A stretch of 63,596 nucleotides of DNA, counting the filler, from Basidioascus undulatus (taxonomy: Eukaryota), in NCBI GenBank assembly GCA_000826855.1. It is 6 parts of 6 records of this genome, joined end to end, with 100 filler letters (N's around TTAATTAATTAA, not from the genome) between each part and the next. Parts side by side here need not be neighbours in the genome. Positions count along the whole stretch, not along the records: positions 49,299 to 56,398 come from JTLS01001615.1; positions 56,499 to 63,596 come from JTLS01001616.1; 4 more parts are not named here. The stretch is one strand, 5' to 3'. Both the position numbers and the translations under genes were made by a program. Below are positions 50,091 through 61,573 of the stretch, in pieces. The notes under the pieces were generated by a model. That model worked only from the letters and a program-made list of their open reading frames with translations. It was not told the origin of the DNA and made no database searches. How positions within the stretch are numbered: the stretch's first letter is position 1; every line of letters starts with the position of its first letter.

Positions 50091-52832
50091 CTACGACATC
50101 CCTCGGAACACGTTCTTGCTCGCGCTCCTCGCGATCTGCCTCCTCCCCGTCCTCCCGCCCTTCCCGCGATCCGCGTCCTCCTCCAGCGCGCCCTTCTCCA
50201 AGCCCGCGCCGAACTCCTCCCTCCTGTGCATCTTCTTCGGCCGCGCCGGGCGGTGGTCATCCTTCTCCGTCGTCTTCGGGATCCAGGACATCTCCATCCC
50301 GCCACCCGCAGTGCGGCGGATGCTGCCCGAGTCGTCGCCGCCGCCGCCGCTGCGGCGCGAAGCGCCGGCAGAGGACGATCTCTGCGCGTGGTGGCGCATC
50401 CGGTCGCCAAAGGTGTCGGACGCGGATGTGAGGGAGGTGCCGTCTGCGCCGGCGACGAGGCGAGGGCGCAACTTCGGTCGAGATTCGGAGGCGCCTCGGG
50501 ACATGTTGGTTGTCCGTCGGTTCGTGCGGTTCGTCTGCTTCGGTTGAGCGGACTGCTGTGAGAACGACGAGCGCTGAGAGGGTTTGCCGCGTTGCAGGCG
50601 GATGTCTGTCCCAGATTGCAGGTAGAAAAGGTCGGTATTCAACCACGGGATACACAGTAGCCAGGGGGGAGGGAGGGGGGAGCGCCGTACCGTCGGGATC
50701 GCTGCTGTCTCCGTCCGACTTGTCCTCGGATCCGCTTCGGCTCTCGTCTGAGTCCGCCAGCGAGTCGCGGTCGCTCTCCTCCTCTTCCTCCTCGACAGCC
50801 GTCTTCCTCCGTTTCTACAAACTCCGATGTGTCAGCCTCCGTCCGTTCCTCGTGTCTGTACTGCACAGCGACGTACGACGTTGTGGCCCGCCGTAGCAGG
50901 GTTGAGCATACCGAACTCCCTGCTCTCCTCGTCGACCTCGAAGTCGGGGTCGGCAAACAGATCCTTGAAACGGTCGTCGGCGAGCACGCCGCTGTCCTCG
51001 TCCGCAGCAGCGGGCTCCTCGCCGGCCTTGCGGGCGCGGCGCTCCTCGACGCGCTGGAGCCTCTCCGCGAGCGCCTTGTTGACCTTGACGTTCGGGTTCT
51101 TGCGCACGGCGCGGATGCGGGACTCGGCCTGCTTGTCGAGCTTCGCCTGGACCTCGCGCTCCCGGTGCTCGGCGTACGCGAACGGGTTCGACACCAGCCG
51201 CGCGGTGTTGTAGAGCTCGAGCGAGACGAAGAAGCCGTGCATGTACGGCTTGAGCGCGGGCGTGCCGACGAGGTGGTCGAGGCCGAGTCTGTGCATCCGC
51301 AACCGTCTACAGCGTCAGCAATCTGCGAGCAAAAGACAGGCTGTGATGGGAGACAAAGGACGTACCCGGCCAGCTCGCCGCGCTCGACGAACTTGTAGTC
51401 GTCCCATACGCTCGGGCCCTTGGAGGCCCCCGCCGCGTCACCCTCCATCTCCTCCGTGACGTTGTCGAGGAAGCGGCACCACTTCGGCGCGGGACCGAGC
51501 TGCGGGACGTAGTACGCGGCCATGTCCGTGCTCTCGTTCGCGAGCATGAGCAAGCCCGTTCGCGGAATGATGTGCATGTGGTTGATGTCATCGGGAGGGG
51601 TGATGGAGACGACGTTTTCCGTCTGCAGGGGTTCGTGCTCGGTCAGTCTCAGATGCCACGTCCAACGCGCGAAAAACGTGGAACGCACAGTGTCCTTGTC
51701 CCAGATTTTCACGACCTTCGCGTCCGCACTCGCAACCTTGCCCTCCGCTTCGCCGCGCCTGTCCGACCCGCTCTCGAGCCACTGCACCGTCTTCACCGGC
51801 AAGCCGTAGCCCTGGTCCTTCGTCGCAAACGGCCGGTTCGCCCGAAGGTCGTACAAGAGCGTGTGGCCGGTGCTGGTTCCCACCGCGAGGTTGAGACCGC
51901 CATGGTGGCTCGCGAGCGCGGTGACCGCGAGCGGGGGTCCGCCGAGCGCGGCGATGCCCGTCGGCAGCAGGCTGCGAGCGGGCAGCTGAAGCGCGCCTAC
52001 CTCCGTCCGGCTTCGAGGGTCCCAGAAGCGTACGCCTGGCTCGTCGCCCTCGGTACCGAAGGCGAAGAGCTGATGTGCCGGATTGACGTCGATCGCGTTA
52101 ACAGCGTCGACAAGGTGGGAGGGGAGCTCGAGCGAGTTGAGGAAGCGGCCTTGGGAGAGGTTGAGGCGGTAGACGGAGGAGCCTGCGCCCGCGACGAGCG
52201 CGTCGCAAGAGGGGAAGTGGTAGGCGATGGCGCGGCCGAAGCGGGGAATGCGGGTGGTGTAGTGGAGGGCGGATTGGGAGTGGACGGAGACGGTGCGGTC
52301 GTTTTGGAGGTGTACGGACTTGGTCCAATCGGAGGACAAGATCTGAAAGGGAAAGTGAATGGGTATGTCAGCTCCCTTGGCAGGCTACGCAACAACTGCG
52401 AAGACGGCCGGAGAATCGGTGCATCCAGCCCCGCCACAGCGTCTTCTCTGGTCGACCGCCCAGCCCTCGTAGCCATAAACTCACCTGGAAGTCCACGTTC
52501 TCCGCATCTGTATGCCGCTCCCACTTCATTCCCAGCTCCCTCAGATCGTACACCCGCACTTGCGGCTTGTACGTCCCCGTCGCCATCGCGAACTCGCCGT
52601 CCGGCGTCGTACGGATGCGGTTGCTCGCCTCGGGGAATCCGAAGTCCTGGATGAGCGAGAGCTGGTGCTCCTCAAGACCACGCTCCTTCGTGCGAGCCTT
52701 GCTGCGCTTTCGCGACTTTTGCCCAAGCTTCTCGGCGGCCAGGCGGCGCTTGTTGAGCCACATCGAGAGAGAAGACGCGCCCGAGGCGGACGCGCCATTG
52801 ACGGTGTACACTTGCACCGCCGGCTGCTCCAT
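50091..52832 (-). CDS. ENP2: Ribosome biogenesis WD40 protein Enp2/NOL10
   Basis: LIQDFGFPEASNRI, ATGTYKPQVRVYDL, SSDWTKSVHLQNDR, LGPAPKWCRFLDNVTEEME, YMHGFF, NUC153-like DDRFKDLFADPDFEVDE. Confidence 0.95.
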
Positions 52833-53599
52833 GTTTGGTGTCGCCGAATAGAAAGAGAGGTGGGGGACGGAGGATGAAGAGTGCAGGTGGTAGAGGATTA
52901 GGAATTGAAGAAAATATGGGTATCGGGAAGCCGAGCAAACGGCCAGAGGGTGCGAGGAAAGGCAAGGCGCACTCTCGAATCTCGATAAATCTCTTGTCGG
53001 GCGAGATCACGTTTTCATGGACAAGATGATAGGCGCCGAACAAGAAACTTTGCATGCTCAGATTTTTGATGACTTTTTATTAGCACTTTCAACAAAGGCG
53101 GTGATTCGGAAAACTGTTCCATGTATTCTTCCAGATGTTAGTTGGACCGGCAAATTCCAAATTGCCAGGCGGTTCGCATGGTAGCCAGTTGGTAGGATGC
53201 TTCCGAGCGGACTGCTGCCTGCACAGAGCTGATGAGCCAAAGGCAGCTTTCTAAACCTAGTTTAAGTCGTCAAATTTGTAATTGTTGGGGTTAAAGAAGA
53301 CCCTTTCTGTGGTCACATCCTTCATCCTGGGTCGCAGACACTGAAGCGTTGCAGCGAAGCCAACTGCCAATGCACGTTGCGCCAGATAAATGAATTTGAA
53401 CACAACAGCCACAGATATACAAGCACGTCAACTCATTATACCAGAAAGTAAGAGTGAGAATAAGTATTTTAAGGCTGGTAGGCAGGAGCAGGTTCATGCT
53501 GCGGCTCCGTGGCAGCCAGGCTCGCCGCGTACGCAGCCTTGCTTAAACGGGCCAGGTTCACATAATTACGAGCGCCGTTCAATATGCGAGACTGGTTCA

Positions 53600-54864
53600 T
53601 GAGCTCCGAGTCCCACGCCAGACCTGCAGTCAACATGTCAGCCAGAGCCGGGCCGGCTCGACAGACCAAAGATGGGAAACTGCTGATTGAAGTACCCGGG
53701 TATCACCGCCCCGCTCGACGACGGAGTTGACGCCCGGGAGGGCGAGAGCACCTCAGGCGAGAGGCCTTCATACGTCTCAATAACGAGGCCCCCATTGCCG
53801 TGCCTAGACATCACGGGCTCCCAGCGCTCGGAATGTCTGCGCGAACGGCGCCAGATGAAGATGGACAAGGCGCCACCATCGCGAAGCTTAACGACTATGC
53901 CGCCAGCGAAGCCGCCTGCGACGGCCCCCAAGGCGGAAGCGCTGGAAGAGGAAGAATCCGCCGGCTATGGTCATGGTGAGATAAGTGCTCGCGACGAAGG
54001 CAGTTAAGACTGGCAGACAGCGTGTTCTTCATCGACTCCAGGACGCCAACAGGCCTAAGCACTGTACTTACCGAGCGATGCTTATGAAGCGGTTTCTGAG
54101 CAATTGCTAGCTCGTCCGTCGCGTTCTCCCGAGCCGTTTCGATCGTCCAGTTCGGCAGCGCTTCGTCCATGCACGCCCAAGGCGGCACGCGTTGCTCTTG
54201 AGCAATTGAAAGAACGTAGAATTCCGCCCTTGACGGAGAAAAGGATATTAGGGGTGAGCAAACTATGGTATTCAGAGCGTTCCGCTTACGACCAGTTGAC
54301 CAAGCTCGTCGAAGAGCAGCTTGGGCGAAGACGTTGTACAGGGCAAAGCCACCGTTAGTATTCTGGTGGAAGGCCAGGCAGGCTGCGTTTTGTCGAGCCA
54401 GCTGCTGAACGTGAGGAGCGTCTCTGACTCGATGTGCCACACTGACTTACCCATGTTAAGAGAATAGTACACCGAGCTCCATTGATAAGAGTCGCCCCTT
54501 GCGAAATGGTAGAACACGTTCTCGCTCTGCGGCATGCTCTGGGGGAAGGGCCTCGTCAGTTGCGAACCGATTTCCAGTTGGGTTATATGTGATGGTGTAA
54601 ACATCCGAGACGCAGACCCGCAGAATCATGGTGCCCATTTCGCATTTAGTTGGGCAACGTTAGACAGGGAGAGTGGAATAGCGTTGGGACAGGAAATGTC
54701 GGGTTAAGTCTTGCGCTGTGGGATATTGTATAGAGCAACGTACGGACTCTTGTGATCTTGATCACCCACCCGTAGATAGCGTTATGATGATGGCATCGCA
54801 TCACGCTCTGGGCCAAAGCGACGGCGAGGGTCGAGCAGAAGAGCAAGACAGTGACCGCTTTCAT
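53600..54864 (-). pseudogene. Signal-peptide, single-TM (type I membrane) protein with in-frame stops
   Basis: MKAVTVLLFCSTLAVALAQS; Ser-rich stretch then GAVAGGFAGGIVV..IFIWRRSRR; stops just before the TM segment. Confidence 0.4.
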
Positions 54865-55399
54865 GGCGCCTGAACAGGGTTATGCGAGATCGATATGGCT
54901 TCAAAGCGGGCTTTCATACTTTAATATGCAAGTCTCGGTGCTCAAGGGGTATTGTGGTAGACAGACAGAGAAATGCGGAAGCCAACGGGGAAGGAACAGC
55001 TTGCAAGGCAAGACTGCGACGACGCGTTCCGAGTCCCGAATGGCGACTCCACGCCCCACTATTGTCTGTTGGGCACCACGACCATTTCCAGAGGTTCAGA
55101 ACACATCGACTTGCATAGTGTTTGTAAGAACCACAGTTGTCCGCCTTGTCTACCGCTTCAGGCGCGCGGCGGAGACATTCTGGTAAACCGGTCGGAATCT
55201 ATAGAGACATAGCTCGGGCGGTGTGTTCTGACATTTTCTCCCAAACTTTCCGGCTTGTGGAATACAGAAATTGTTTGGCTCGTCGGTTCTTCAAGCAGTG
55301 CAAATCTCAAGGCAGTGTCACCCGACAGCTGTACATCGTCCCTGGACGCCCCAGATGTGGCCGTGCTTCCGAAAACTTATGGCATTCAACCAAAATGTA

Positions 55400-55900
55400 T
55401 CATTTGAATATAACCCCCAGATCTTCCCACTCCTCGCGCAGTACCTTCACCACCTTATCCGCCTCCTTCCTCCCAGCCCGCTGTGCCCTCTGCCCCAACT
55501 CCTTCCTCCACTCCGGGCCACCCTCCAAATCCTGCATCCTCCAAACACCACGGAAACCCTCCATCTCAAGCCTCACTATTTCCTCCCCGGTTTCAATGTA
55601 TAGCTCCCACATCATTCTCCTCCGCCCAGCCACAAGCGCTCTCCTCGCCAGGGACGCCTCGGGTCCCTCCTCGACTAGACGCAGCGCGGCTTCGCGCTCC
55701 CAGGTCAGGACGTGGTAATTTCGGCCCAGCAAAAACAGCACAAGGGGTGTTTCAGTCCAAGGGTTGCAGAACGCTGAGGTGAGGAGGGAGATGAGGAAGA
55801 GACGGGCGGCGTGTGCCGATAGACGGGTGGAGAGGGCGAGGAGCGCAAGGAGCGCGTCGACGGCGAGGGCGATCTCTGGCTGGGGCCTGTTGTACCATGA
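55400..55900 (-). CDS. Hypothetical protein or remnant
   Basis: Open frame with helical, charged composition; no family recognised. Confidence 0.3.
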   Translation of the reverse strand, partial: SWYNRPQPEIALAVDALLALLALSTRLSAHAARLFLISLLTSAFCNPWTETPLVLFLLGRNYHVLTWEREAALRLVEEGPEASLARRALVAGRRRMMWELYIETGEEIVRLEMEGFRGVWRMQDLEGGPEWRKELGQRAQRAGRKEADKVVKVLREEWEDLGVIFK

Positions 55901-56398
55901 GATTAGACTCTCCAGGATTTAGGGGAGCTCAACATACCAGTCATATGTCAGAGCGATGAAACCTTCCCATTCTTCCGGCGAGTCGCCCGGAAACAGGAGA
56001 ATGCTGTCCACGCTGGCGTCGATGAGCTCGCGCAGCACAGGGGAGGCACTGGCCATGCGAGAGCGCGAGACGTGAAAGCGTGTGTGACCGATCTAAGACT
56101 CTCGTTGTCAGTGGGGTTATTCGCATGTTGCTCAAATAGATGGGGGGAAGAAAGCGCACGATGAGAGCCAGGTTGGCCTCGGGCCAGTCGGTGCGCAGTG
56201 AGCTGACACGCATTGCTGTGCTGAGCGGCAGATGTGTTCGAGGGAGATAAAGCACAGTTCCATCAATCTGGTCTGTTCATTACGTGTTCTTCCAGGCGGC
56301 TGCAAGCCTTCTTTTCGCGAGGCGGGAGGAGGCGAGAGCACTGCGGGAGCGGAACTGCCGTCTGTGATACTCCCTCAAGACTCCACAACCACTATCGG

Positions 56399-56498
56399 NN
56401 NNNNNNNNNNNNNNNNNNNNNNNNNNNNNNNNNNNNNNNNNNTTAATTAATTAANNNNNNNNNNNNNNNNNNNNNNNNNNNNNNNNNNNNNNNNNNNN
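56399..56498. other. Artificial contig linker
   Basis: N + TTAATTAATTAA + N, 100 nt. Confidence 0.98.
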
Positions 56499-57632
56499 GC
56501 GCGGGCGTCTCGCGAAGGACCGCCGCGCTCGAGGTCCTCCAGCGCGGCGCGGAGAGCGTTGCACTCATCCTGCGCCTCCTCGGCTTTGTCCTTCCACGCT
56601 GCGACGTCGCGCTCCTTCGCGCGGTTCGCGGCCAGCGCCTCGTTCTCCGCCTTCAGCAGGCGCTCCTGGACCTTGTCGAGCTTTTCGCGCGTCGCAGCAA
56701 GCTCGCGGTGTACACCTGCGTCGGCGACGGACGAGAAGGAGGAAGAACGGCGGCGGGAGGCGGCGTTGCGATTGCAAAGAGGGGAGGGGGCGGGGAAGGG
56801 TTCGCGATTCTGAGGGTCAAGCATGCGTAAGCGATGGCTCGTTGGTGATAAAGTCGGCGCAGGGCGCACCTCCTGATCGACGTTGTTCGGCTGATCGTGC
56901 TTGGCTTGCAGAGCGGCGAGCTGGTTCTCGAGTTCGAGGATGCGAGCGGAAGCATTGGCAGAGGACCGAGAAGGCTGATCGTCCCCCACAACTTCTCAGT
57001 CCCTGCGTCCCTTGCCATAATCCATTGCGAGAGACCAAAACGCACCTTGGCTTCCAACGGAGTCCTCCTCAGCTCCTCCCTCTCGCCCTCCGCCCTCTTC
57101 AGGTCCTTCTTTAGCTGTTGTACGCGGAGCTCAAGTCGTTCGCGCTCCGCGCGGTCCGAGCCGGCGCTCTCGTCGAGCTGCGACTGCAGACGGTTGCCAG
57201 ACTTCTGCGCAGCCTCTAGTTTAGCCTCCTTGTCGCGGAGGGCGGTCTCGAGGTTCGCGGACTGGACGCGGAGCCGCTTAAGCTCGTTCGACTTGTGCTC
57301 GACCTCCCTCACGGCGTCCACAGCACGTTGAGCTTCCTCCGCGGCCTGTATAAAAGCACTTTCAGGATGAGCTGTGCTAATGGAAAAAGTTGAACAGCAG
57401 TACAGACCTTAGTGTTGGAATCCCGGTGTTGCAGCTTGAGCGCCTCGAGCTCCTCTTGAAGTCCATAGATCGTGTTGGCCTGCGACTCAATTTCGGAGTC
57501 TACAGCGACCAGAATTAACTTTGATTGAACACCCGCCGCGGACAGGATAGCTCGCATACCCTTCGCCCGGCCCTGCTTGATGAGCTGAGCGATTCTGTCG
57601 TCCTTCTCGTCCGGCCCAAATTGGAGCGACAT
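56499..57632 (-). CDS. Long coiled-coil protein, 5' part
   Basis: MSLQFGPDEKDDRIAQLIKQG then heptad-rich E/K/R/Q/L exons; truncated at the linker. Confidence 0.75.
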
Positions 57633-59371
57633 GGCGTCTAGGCGCGTATGCTGTTTAAACAGCGCACTCGCAACGGCCTCGTCGTAGGATTGGCGATAAA
57701 TATGCCGTTGGCGATGGTGCCGACGCCGAAGAGAGCGAGAGGTGGTGGTGGTCGACTTGCGACGCGTCTTGATTTGTTCCAGGCGCGTAGCGGTAACGGT
57801 CACGTGCCGTTCCGTGAATGATCCGTGGACGCTCGTCTGGTTAGCCGCGCTGCTAGAAAGGGTAAGCTTTTACTACCTTACTTGAGCCATTTATCGATCG
57901 ATTTTCATGCTATAGAAGGAGATGATGCAAGAGGACTAGCAATTGCTATCGAAAAGAGATAGGTGGCCTTTTGGTGATTGGCTTTCGGTGATGAACTGTT
58001 GCGCCGATAGACCTGTTCGGCCTGGTCACGGAAACAAGGCCCGCCAGTGCATGGGAAGACCGATTCCCACTTCGTTCCTCAGGGGAATCGGAATACCCAA
58101 GGGTTGTTGGTTTGAGATACCCTATTTCTCAAAGAATTCCCTCGGACTGCATTGTAACATGCTGGGTAGAGCATGCCAATCCCGCCCGCAAGTTTCTTTC
58201 GGGAAACGCACATTCCAAGCTACCAGCAAGCCTGTTGTCAGAAAGTCAAGGGGAATATGCCGGAGTAGAGATCCGTATGCCTGTACAGCTCTCGATGATT
58301 GACATCCTTACGCTAACGGGGCCGTCACTGGAACTGGGATCAGGTGCAGTATCGAGTGCTTTCGGCGCAGGCAGCTGTCCTGGGTTGAGACCCAGACTTC
58401 TCGACATCTTTGATGGGCAGAATTGCAGCGTAGAATTTCGTTTTTAGAAGTGCAATCGAAATGACGACCAGAAGCTAAGGGTTGCGGAACGCCGACAGCC
58501 TTCAGCGCACGTTCGACAATCTGCGCCTGCATGTCTGGTAGCAATACATCCTCAGTGATCGCTCTGAATTGACTCGGCCTAAGATGAAGAACTCACTCCC
58601 AAACATCCACATCCCCCCGTACTTCTTCAGCGCCTGGAGGCACAACAGCGCGAACATGCGTAGACTGTCCGCCTCGCTCCAGGCATTCCGCTGCTGCGCG
58701 GAACACCATCGCCCGGATCGAGTGCTGTCCGTTTGGGGAGCTGAAGTGGTGTCATGTCAACTTGCTCGCCCAGCAGATGCGATGAGAAGGAAGGTCACGT
58801 TGTGCGGCCTGCGAAAGGTTGGGCCGAGAGTGCGCCGGGGGGACGTCGGTGTCTTACGACTTCCATCACCTCGAGCGCTTTTGTGCGGGCGGTATTGAGC
58901 TTTGGCAACGAGCGATCTCTAAAACGAACCAACGCACGATCTTCCGAGTGCGCCAAGGCTGGCAAACCACTCCGTATCCGACTTTGCGAGCGCGAGCGAG
59001 CCTGTTCGACGCTGGCATGTTGGTGTCTAGGGGATGCAGGCACGCAAGCCGAAGGCAGGCGTTCTGAAGAAGGAAAAGAGAGGTCAAGGAATCATCGCAG
59101 TTGCCCTGAGAGACTTGACGAGGGTTACATAACGGCCTGTGGGATGTTGAACCCGCCACATGCACGTCGTACGCACATGCACAGCATCCCGGCCTTGTCC
59201 CGGCCTGTCATGGCCGCGCGGTCACTCACACCTTTCACACCTTTCACTCCTTGTCCAACAACCACGCCCTTCTTTGCTCTTCCTTCGCATCCAGCTGGCA
59301 AGCTTACCCAAAGTTCAAGGATGCTACCACGACTGCTCTCGCAGATTCGAACTCGTATCGTTGCCTCGAGA

Positions 59372-60207
59372 ATGACTGTCCCATCGCTGCCTCTCGAACT
59401 TCTGCACAGCATTGTCGTGCTCGCCCCTGAGCCGCCTCACCCACTCGCCTACACCCGCGTTTGGCGACACTGAGTTCGCTCTGCCTCGTATCCCACTCGC
59501 TCCTCCCTATTGCACATAAGGAGCTCTACGCCGCTGTCGTCATCTCTGCTGAACGTCAGCTCCATGCGTTCTCGAGGACGCTGAAGAGTCATGCCGGCCT
59601 TGCCTCAAACATCCGCTCGCTCGCGGTCATGGATTCGATGGGATCTTTGATGAGGGACCCATCAGGTGACTTGCTTCCGTCATCAAAGCGGCGGCGGGGA
59701 CGCTGAGACGCCTGGCATTGGCTCATGACTTCGATGACTCTTCGCTGGAGAGCCTTCAAGACGAGCTTATGCCTGTCCAGCGTAGCGCTCTTGCACTGAG
59801 GCTTTTGGAGGAGTTCGTCTGTCCAGGACCAGTCGGCACAGTGCTTGATGCCAGCAACGACACCTTCCTGCAACGTCTCGCCACATATTGGCCCATTGAT
59901 TTCAAGGATGAGCCCCGGTAGACTTCATGCGTGCACTTGCCGCAGCATACTACATTACCAGCGCTCACCGTCCTTGTGGCGTCCGACGTTTATCCCAATT
60001 TTTGACGTCCACGGCTACCCGCATGCGCATGATCTCATCGTGTTGAGCAGTCTCACTCTTAAACAGTTCACTTTCCTACGTGACGAGAGGTACATTGGGG
60101 CATCACGCTCAGTCAAGCCAGGGAACGTTTTGCAGGCTCCTGCACCTCTGGATATAGAGCTCACGTTGTCTCCGTTCCGCCGTCACACACGTTTGAGTCG
60201 TAAATGA
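59372..60207 (+). pseudogene. F-box-like pseudogene
   Basis: MTVPSLPLELLHSIV, frameshift near 59460, ATLSSLCLVSHSLLPIAHKELY..LHAFSRTL..LASNIRSL, further stops. Confidence 0.65.
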
Positions 60208-60384
60208 TGCAGGTGACTGTTGAAGGGACGCTCTGGGAGCAGCGCGGGGAGATGTTGTGAATGGGGCGAGAGGGCAATGGGTGCTGACTGTCGTCGTTTC
60301 TGTTATACTCAACTGCGAGGAACGTTCGCTAATTATCAATCTGTTCACATCACGATTTACTGCATCTCCCACTATCCTACCACT

Positions 60385-61334
60385 TCAGAGGCTGTCCCCC
60401 AGCACCATCGGCCCCTGCACCTCGTCGCGCTTCTGCTTGCCGACCAAGCGCTCCACGAGCGCGAGCGCGAAGCCGAAGCTCGTCCCCGGCCCGCGGGACG
60501 AGATGAGGTTGTCCGCGTCCGTGACGACGCGGTCTTCGGAGTACTGGTAGTCTGCGACCGTATCGAGTTGGTATTACACGTCAAGTGTCAGTAGGTAAGT
60601 AGTGAGAACGTGTGAAGGAAGGAGAGGGATGGGACGCACCGCCCTCGAGCTCGCCCTTCACAGAGGGGTGGCTAGTAATATTCTTCCCCTTCCCAATACC
60701 GGCGCTCTTGGCCGCCAACGAGCCTGTCGCATCCACCCCAACAGGCGTGAGCATCCCTTCCCCGCCCGCGCATCTACCCCGAGCCGCCCTCCGACTCACC
60801 AGCGCAAACAACCCCCACAACCTTCCCCTCCTCATACTTCTTCCTCAAGATCCGCTGCACAGCCTCGCTCCCTGCGAGCGTCTCCGCGCCCTTCGCCCCG
60901 CCAGGAACAACGACCGCGTCGAAGGCGTCCTATACCACCCCAACCCCGCCTTTCAGCCTCAGCGATCTCCCCCCATAGGCCCAAAAGACGAACGATCTGA
61001 GCCTCAGAAAGCTTCTCCAGCGTCGCGTCGGGCAGGATCCGCACGCCGCGCGAGCACGTCGCGTACGGCGATGTGCTGAGCCCGACAGATGCGGACGTCG
61101 TGTCCACGCCGGCGCGCACGAGCGTATCGTACGTGATCGTGCTGCGCGACCCAACCCAATCTTTAGCACCGCTTTCACATTGCATTCAGTGTAGAAGGGA
61201 CAGAGACGCACAACTCCATCTCCTCCGTCCCGCTGCGCGTGTGCGGCCAAGGGCCGGCGTCAGCGTTCATGCCTGCGCCTGTTTTCAGGCAGGAGGGGGA
61301 CGCACTCGGCGATCAGGACCAGTGCGGAAGGCAT
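60385..61334 (-). CDS. DJ-1/PfpI family protein
   Basis: MPSALVLIA|DGTEEME..YDTLVRAG, CSRGVRILPD, FDAVVVPGGAKGA, VCA|GS (catalytic Cys), ITSHP, SSRGPGTSF. Confidence 0.93.
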
Positions 61335-61573
61335 TTTGTATGTTTTGTAGATGTGGATGTCGTGTAGGTGTGAAGTAGCGTGGAAATTAGAGGTCAAGAG
61401 GTGCAGGGGGCATCGAGCTCGAATCTTGAGCTCCGAGATGACGTCTTCTGCATGTTTCTTCAAAATCGCCAAACCACTGGCGTCTTGACTAGTTGCTGAT
61501 GTTCGCTAAAACGCACGATTCTACGATGCAGAAGCAGCTGAGTGCAAAGTAACGCTCATGAGGGGTATAGCAT

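Noticed and set aside
51572..52654. Long ORFs antisense to real genes (e.g. 360 aa opposite ENP2, 285 aa opposite SAC1)
   Set aside because: Shadows of GC3-rich codon usage on the coding strand.
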